Of a DNA stretch of 64,000 bases, positions 59,154-64,000 are shown piece after piece. Source of the DNA: Candidatus Poribacteria bacterium (GTDB lineage: Bacteria > Poribacteria > WGA-4E > GCA-2687025). A model generated the notes under the pieces. It did not search any database and was not told the DNA's origin. It worked only from the letters and a program-made list of their open reading frames with translations. The translations under genes were made by a program, and so were the position numbers. The stretch spans positions 1,984,001-2,048,000 of the forward strand of contig OY762492.1 of assembly GCA_963665845.2 (NCBI GenBank), read 5' to 3'. Positions within the stretch are counted from its first letter, which is position 1, and every line of letters begins with the position of its first letter.

Positions 59154-60560
59154 CTACCTTTTTAGCCGTTCGTTGATGAGTCCCGCGCCCAGCCCTAAGA
59201 GCAGTCCAAGCGCGAAGCCAGCCGCGATGACGATGAACGGGCGGGGCTGCACAGGTCGAAATTCGGGGCGGGCAAGGTCGACGACGGCGACGCCCCCGAC
59301 CCGGTAGCCCGCGCCGCCGCCCTGTTCAACGGCGATGCGCAGCGCCAGATCCAGCTGATTTTCCTGTATGATCAGCGCCTCGTATGTTTTCATGAGCAGT
59401 TGAGAGCGGCTTTCTAGCTCGGATAGGCGCGCCTGTTTTTCAGGCGTTTCTCGGCGCAGGCGGGCGACCCTCTCGGACGCGCGCGTCCTCTCCGCTTCTA
59501 TTCGCCGCTTCTCCGCTTCAACGGCGTTCAGCTCCGCCTTGTTGTCCACGATGCGTTTCTGAAGTTCGTTCAGAAGCGGATTGCGTCCGTATGCGGCGTT
59601 CAGCGTTCGCGCCGGCTCCTTCTCAAGCAGGCTCTCTAAACTGCGTTTGGCGCCCTCGGCTCCCTGTAAAGCGGGGGACGATTCGGTCAACCCCTCCGCG
59701 CGCATGCGCGCCGTTTCCGCCTCCAGCTCGGTGATGCGCGCAATCAGCGCCGTTCGGGTCGGTCCGGGCGACTCGGATTTTGCTGTTAGGATCGTTTCAT
59801 CCTGCTCGGACAAGGCGGCTTCGGCGGCGTTGATGACCGCGCGCGCTGCCGCCGCCCGGGCGGACAGCTGCCGCAGCTCCTTTAGCAAAGACTCTTCGCG
59901 CGCCAGCCAATGCGCAAACTCTGCCGCCCAGACGGAGGGGGCGCCCTCTCTTTGGGCGAATTTCAGCAGTTCAGCGCGCACTATGGACAACTTCTGCTCC
60001 AGCGCTTGACGCGATTCTCTCACAAGGTCGCGCTGGGAGCCTGTTTTGAGGCGGCGGTCTGCCGTTTGTTCCGCCGCCAAGGTGGACTGAAGCGCCTCGG
60101 CAAGCTGATTGGCAAACAGAGCCGCGTTGCGCGCCCCGCCCTCCGATTCGCGCAGCTCCACCCGTATGCGCACCAGACGCGAGCCGGCGTCCAAACTGGA
60201 AGCGATGCGCCCCGTCAAATGCGCAGGCGGCGGAAGAAGGCGCGCCCCGTCCGGCTCGGACGACTCAAACGCGATGAGCGCCTGCTCAACAAGGCTGCGC
60301 GTCCGAACGCGGTTCAGAACCGTCTGCATGAGAGCCGGGTCGGAACCGCCGCCGAGAGCGATCTGCGCAATGTTCGGCAGAAGGGAGCTGGAGCTGTCGT
60401 CGGTCGGCTCAATGTCCAGGGCGACCGAGGCGGAGTAAAGGCGCGGGGAACGCAAGCCGACCGCCGCCGCCGTCCCGCCGACGATGAGCGCGGTCATGAG
60501 GATCAGAAACCCCTGACGGCGAAAAAATTGCCCGTATTCTTCTAAACTTTCAGGACGCAT
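59154..60560 (-). CDS. Polysaccharide co-polymerase-like (Wzz/GumC) protein without kinase domain
   Basis: N-terminal TM followed by PRLYSAS, long coiled coil, VVDLARP...PRP and C-terminal Gly-rich TM. Confidence 0.7.
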   Translation of the reverse strand: MRPESLEEYGQFFRRQGFLILMTALIVGGTAAAVGLRSPRLYSASVALDIEPTDDSSSSLLPNIAQIALGGGSDPALMQTVLNRVRTRSLVEQALIAFESSEPDGARLLPPPAHLTGRIASSLDAGSRLVRIRVELRESEGGARNAALFANQLAEALQSTLAAEQTADRRLKTGSQRDLVRESRQALEQKLSIVRAELLKFAQREGAPSVWAAEFAHWLAREESLLKELRQLSARAAAARAVINAAEAALSEQDETILTAKSESPGPTRTALIARITELEAETARMRAEGLTESSPALQGAEGAKRSLESLLEKEPARTLNAAYGRNPLLNELQKRIVDNKAELNAVEAEKRRIEAERTRASERVARLRRETPEKQARLSELESRSQLLMKTYEALIIQENQLDLALRIAVEQGGGAGYRVGGVAVVDLARPEFRPVQPRPFIVIAAGFALGLLLGLGAGLINERLKR

Positions 60561-60581
60561 CCATCCGCCGCCTTAGCCGTC

Positions 60582-61973
60582 TTAAAAGAGAAGACCGAGC
60601 TGCGCCGTCGTCTTTTGAACCGTTTCAAACCCGTCTCCATTCTCGCGTTTCCGAAAACGAAACTCGCGCGACGCCTCCAGATACAGCGACCCGCCCAGAT
60701 GGTACACAATCTCCAGCAAGAAAAGCGACCGCTCATCCAGGCTCGCAAGGTCTTCCAAAAGCGACTCCTCCGCGGAGGCGCGTATTCCGCGTTTAATATA
60801 AAACGCGCGCGCGTCGATCACATCCACCAACTCCGTTTCCATGAGGCGCAAGCCGAAACGCGGGTCTGAATTCGGCCCCTCGCCGTTGTAATCCTCATAG
60901 ACGGCGGCAAAATGTCCGGCGTCCAAAATAGAATATCCGATATGCCCGACCCATCCCTGCGTCGGGGCGGAGGGTCGCAGATCGGGAACGATGCCGTAGG
61001 TTTGCCCTGGTACCGCCTTGCCCGACGGGGGACCGGTGCGCGCCCGGTACTCGTAATCGGACCCGAAAAGCCCTGGCTCAAAGCCCCGTTCAAAGCTGCG
61101 GAACTCGCCCTTCATGAACAGCTGATCAGTCTCTATCGAGACGCCCGCCGCGTTGCCTCTCAACAGAAGCGGCTCGGCTGAACCGACAGCGCTCGGATAG
61201 GAAATGGCGCCGATCTCGTCGTACAGCTTGACGCGGTACGACTCGCGCTCCAGCAACGGAACGGCGGCGCTCAACGAAAAAGCGTTCAAAGGGTCTTCAG
61301 CATGACCGTACCCCGCGTCAAAGGTCGGTCCGAGGACAACAGGTATCGGATTCGCGTCAAAGATAAACGTCCCGCCCATCTCCAGCCGTTTGAAGACCGG
61401 CGCCTTTGCGTTGATGTAGCCGTGAAAGACAAACAGCTCTGCTTGGTCAATGTTGTTGACGAGAGCCGAGACGCCGCCTTCCTTTCGGTTGATGTTTGTC
61501 CAGACGCCGCGCCTGTCCAGGTTCGAGTAATGCTCCATCAGCAGCCCATGGGCGACGCGCGTTTGAAACAGCTCGCCGTAGCGGATATGGAACGGGTCAT
61601 GCGGGTCTGCCCATTCCAGATAGCGGACGGCGCGCGCGGCGGCGTCGAACGAATCCCATTCTTCGCCGTCTTCGGTGAGCAGGCGCGTTGAGCCGACAGA
61701 GCTTTCGTCTAGGTTGGCGCCGCCCAGTAGCAGCGCCGCTTTCAATCCCACGCTGAACTTCCCCAGCCGTATCTGCGGGCGCAGCTCAAACCGCCAGTAA
61801 GGTTCCCCTTCCAGCGTCGTCATGCCGATAAACGCCGCCAGCGACATGGGGCGCAGCGCCTCCGCGCTCGGAGGGAGGCGGCGCAGGTCGTCCACATGGA
61901 TCTGCGCGCCCGCCGAGAACGCGACACAGCAAGCCGCGAATACGGCGCTTAGAACGGCGCGCGCCCGCCTCAT
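60582..61973 (-). CDS. Hypothetical outer-membrane beta-barrel protein
   Basis: Signal peptide MRRARAVLSAVF; HGLLMEHYSN; C-terminal QLGLLF; upstream ORF extension lies in a MITE. Confidence 0.65.
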   Translation of the reverse strand: MRRARAVLSAVFAACCVAFSAGAQIHVDDLRRLPPSAEALRPMSLAAFIGMTTLEGEPYWRFELRPQIRLGKFSVGLKAALLLGGANLDESSVGSTRLLTEDGEEWDSFDAAARAVRYLEWADPHDPFHIRYGELFQTRVAHGLLMEHYSNLDRRGVWTNINRKEGGVSALVNNIDQAELFVFHGYINAKAPVFKRLEMGGTFIFDANPIPVVLGPTFDAGYGHAEDPLNAFSLSAAVPLLERESYRVKLYDEIGAISYPSAVGSAEPLLLRGNAAGVSIETDQLFMKGEFRSFERGFEPGLFGSDYEYRARTGPPSGKAVPGQTYGIVPDLRPSAPTQGWVGHIGYSILDAGHFAAVYEDYNGEGPNSDPRFGLRLMETELVDVIDARAFYIKRGIRASAEESLLEDLASLDERSLFLLEIVYHLGGSLYLEASREFRFRKRENGDGFETVQKTTAQLGLLF

Positions 61974-61987
61974 CGCATGAGGTTTGA

Positions 61988-62155
61988 CTGACCTCATGTC
62001 TTTAGTGGGGACATGTCGGCATGGAAACGCGGACGGTTTCGGGGTGGACTCTGGATTCCCGCTTACGCGGGAATGACGACCAGGTTGATGACGCTTTTTT
62101 CCCATGAATAGAGAGGTCATTCGTTCAAATGTCCCAACTTTCGGCGTGAGGTCGG
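61988..62155. mobile_element. MITE family A, 168 bp, with 6-bp TSD GTTTGA
   Basis: 27-bp TIR (20/27 match); GTTTGA at 61982-61987 and 62156-62161. Confidence 0.85.
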
Positions 62156-62199
62156 GTTTGAGGTTTTTTATATACGGCAGTTTCCATACGCATCCGCCG

Positions 62200-63345
62200 T
62201 TACCGCGACGCCTTCACCCCGCCGCCGGTCTGCGCGCGCGACGCCTCCGCCTCAACCGCCGCCTGATTCACCATCGTGATGTCCCCTGGCGTTTCCTGAA
62301 CCAAAATGCCATGCGCCGCGCCCCAGTTCACCGCCGTTTGCAGGTCTTTGCCTTTCAACAAGCCCGCCAGAACGCCCGACGCAAACGAATCGCCGCCGCC
62401 CGTTCTGTCCCGTATCGGTATGCGCGGGCGCAGCGCCGCCGTATGCCACTCATCCTCCAGCGCGTCGTAGAGCGTCGCGCCCCAGCTCACATTGTCGGCG
62501 TTGTGCGCGCCGCGCCACTGCGCGCCGATGAGGCTCATGTTTGGAAAATCGGCGGCGACCCGCTTGATCGTTTCCTGATACGGCGGGAGCCACTCTTCAA
62601 ACGGCGCGCCCTTCTCCACCTCCGTGTCGTATCCGAGAGCGTCGCTCAAGTCCGAATCGTTGCCGACCAGCATGCCCAGATACGGCGCGAGGCGTTGGTT
62701 GATGGCGCGCGCCCGCTCCTTGTTCGGTTCCACTTTAGAGCGGTAGTTCAGATCCGCGCAGACGAAGACGCCATGCTCCGCCGCCTTTTGCGCCGCTTCG
62801 ACAGCTAAATCCGCGGTGCGCGGTCCGATCAGCGTCAAGATTCCGCCCGTGTTGAAGACGCGGACGCCGCGCTCTCCAAACAGTTCGTCAAAATCGAAGT
62901 CGCCCGGCTTCATCTGCGCCGCCGCCGAGTGCGCCCTGTAGTAGGTTGTGTGAGACGGGAGCGCGCCCGCGCCGACATAGGTGAAATTGATGCCGTTGTG
63001 GAGACTTCCCTTCGCGTCGGTCGAGTAGGAGGAGCCATCGTTGCGCGTGTTCCACCAGAGAATGTTGGAGACATCGACGCCCGCTTCGCGCAGCTGGTTC
63101 CGTATGTTTTCGCCGACAGGGTCGTCCACCAGCGCCGTCAGGACAGCGGAGCGCAAGCCGAACGTATGCGCCAGTCCGCAGGCGATGTTCGTTTCGCCGC
63201 CGCCCTGGAAAGTGCGCAGGTTGTCGCGCGCCCTCGCCGTCGGGACGTCGCGCGGATCGATGCGCAGCATCACTTCGCCGAGAGACGCGCCGTCGTAGTC
63301 GCATCCGCTCGTTTTGATCTGTTTGTAGGTGATGACGTTTGCCAT
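62200..63345 (-). CDS. PfkB family sugar kinase (KdgK-like)
   Basis: GEVMLR, GGGETN, DLNYR, DRTGGGDSF. Confidence 0.88.
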   Translation of the reverse strand: MANVITYKQIKTSGCDYDGASLGEVMLRIDPRDVPTARARDNLRTFQGGGETNIACGLAHTFGLRSAVLTALVDDPVGENIRNQLREAGVDVSNILWWNTRNDGSSYSTDAKGSLHNGINFTYVGAGALPSHTTYYRAHSAAAQMKPGDFDFDELFGERGVRVFNTGGILTLIGPRTADLAVEAAQKAAEHGVFVCADLNYRSKVEPNKERARAINQRLAPYLGMLVGNDSDLSDALGYDTEVEKGAPFEEWLPPYQETIKRVAADFPNMSLIGAQWRGAHNADNVSWGATLYDALEDEWHTAALRPRIPIRDRTGGGDSFASGVLAGLLKGKDLQTAVNWGAAHGILVQETPGDITMVNQAAVEAEASRAQTGGGVKASR

Positions 63346-63358
63346 GCCTCTCCTTCCG

Positions 63359-64000
63359 CTAAGTTCTCCATGCGCTCAGGTCGCAGCCGAGAAGCGCTTC
63401 AAGACGGCGCGTTTCAGGCTCCATTTCGCTTATGAGCCACTCCCGCGTCGCGTCGTTCATCGGCGGTCGGGGCGTTTCCCGCGTGTTCATATGAAACAGG
63501 CGCGCCTGAACCGTTCTTCCAAAACGCTGAACAGGTTTTGGCAACCGCCGAAAAACGTCCGCCGCCCAGCGCGGAGGCGAAATCAAACGCCGCTGAAACG
63601 AGGCGCTGCGCGTCCGCGCGTTTGGATTTGCCCGTTCAAAAGAAGGCGCAAACTGCTCGTCCACGCCCAGAAAACGCAGCGCGCCGCGGTACACTTCAGC
63701 CGTCTTGACGCAAAAATCGTCAAACAGCGCCACATGCGTCCGCTCTCTGCCGAAGGCGTCAAAATACCGCTCCAGCTGCTCCGCATACCGCGCCACCTCC
63801 GTATAGTACAGGCACGCTTCTGGGTAAGGGAGCCAGTTCGGGAGACGCTTGCCGCGTTTGCGGTCCGCCTCGGCGTCCAGCGCCTCTTCAAAGCTTTCGA
63901 TCTCTTCCAGCCCGTGCGTCAGCAGCTGGCTATGGTAGGAGTACAGCATCTCCGCCGGGCTGCGCAGCAGTACGAGTATGCGCGCTTCCGGCGAAAAGGC
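63359..64000 (-). CDS. Sulfotransferase (5' end outside the window)
   Basis: Frame open to window end: ARILVLLRSPAEMLYSYHS (3'-PB motif), YAEQLERYFDAFG, DLSAW. Confidence 0.8.
   Translation of the reverse strand, partial: AFSPEARILVLLRSPAEMLYSYHSQLLTHGLEEIESFEEALDAEADRKRGKRLPNWLPYPEACLYYTEVARYAEQLERYFDAFGRERTHVALFDDFCVKTAEVYRGALRFLGVDEQFAPSFERANPNARTRSASFQRRLISPPRWAADVFRRLPKPVQRFGRTVQARLFHMNTRETPRPPMNDATREWLISEMEPETRRLEALLGCDLSAWRT

Overview
GC-rich bacterial chromosomal window with about 50 genes and no rRNA, tRNA, CRISPR array, prophage or transposase. The gene mix (WD40 and TolB-like propeller proteins, PhyH dioxygenases, ASPIC/UnbV, sulfotransferase, a C-terminal GK...WG.IK motif) suggests a Poribacteria-like symbiont, which is inference only. 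Housekeeping genes include nadA, lon, tyrS, queE, queC, zwf, korAB, ogt and rpmI-rplT-pheS. Four things stand out. (1) The Hen1-Pnkp RNA repair pair lies inside a tightly coupled six-gene operon with a coiled-coil membrane protein, a MoxR AAA+ ATPase, a BatA-VWA protein and a CRTAC1/ASPIC protein. (2) A stand-alone Lon N-domain paralogue, duplicated together with its promoter and carrying a new coiled-coil tail, lies directly upstream of lon. (3) Two MITE families with visible target-site duplications (6 bp and 8 bp) share a dRS3-like ATTCCC-N8-GGGAAT palindrome and form chimeras through it. (4) There is an orphan type IIG restriction-modification gene. Family assignments come from motif recognition by eye, not from database searches.
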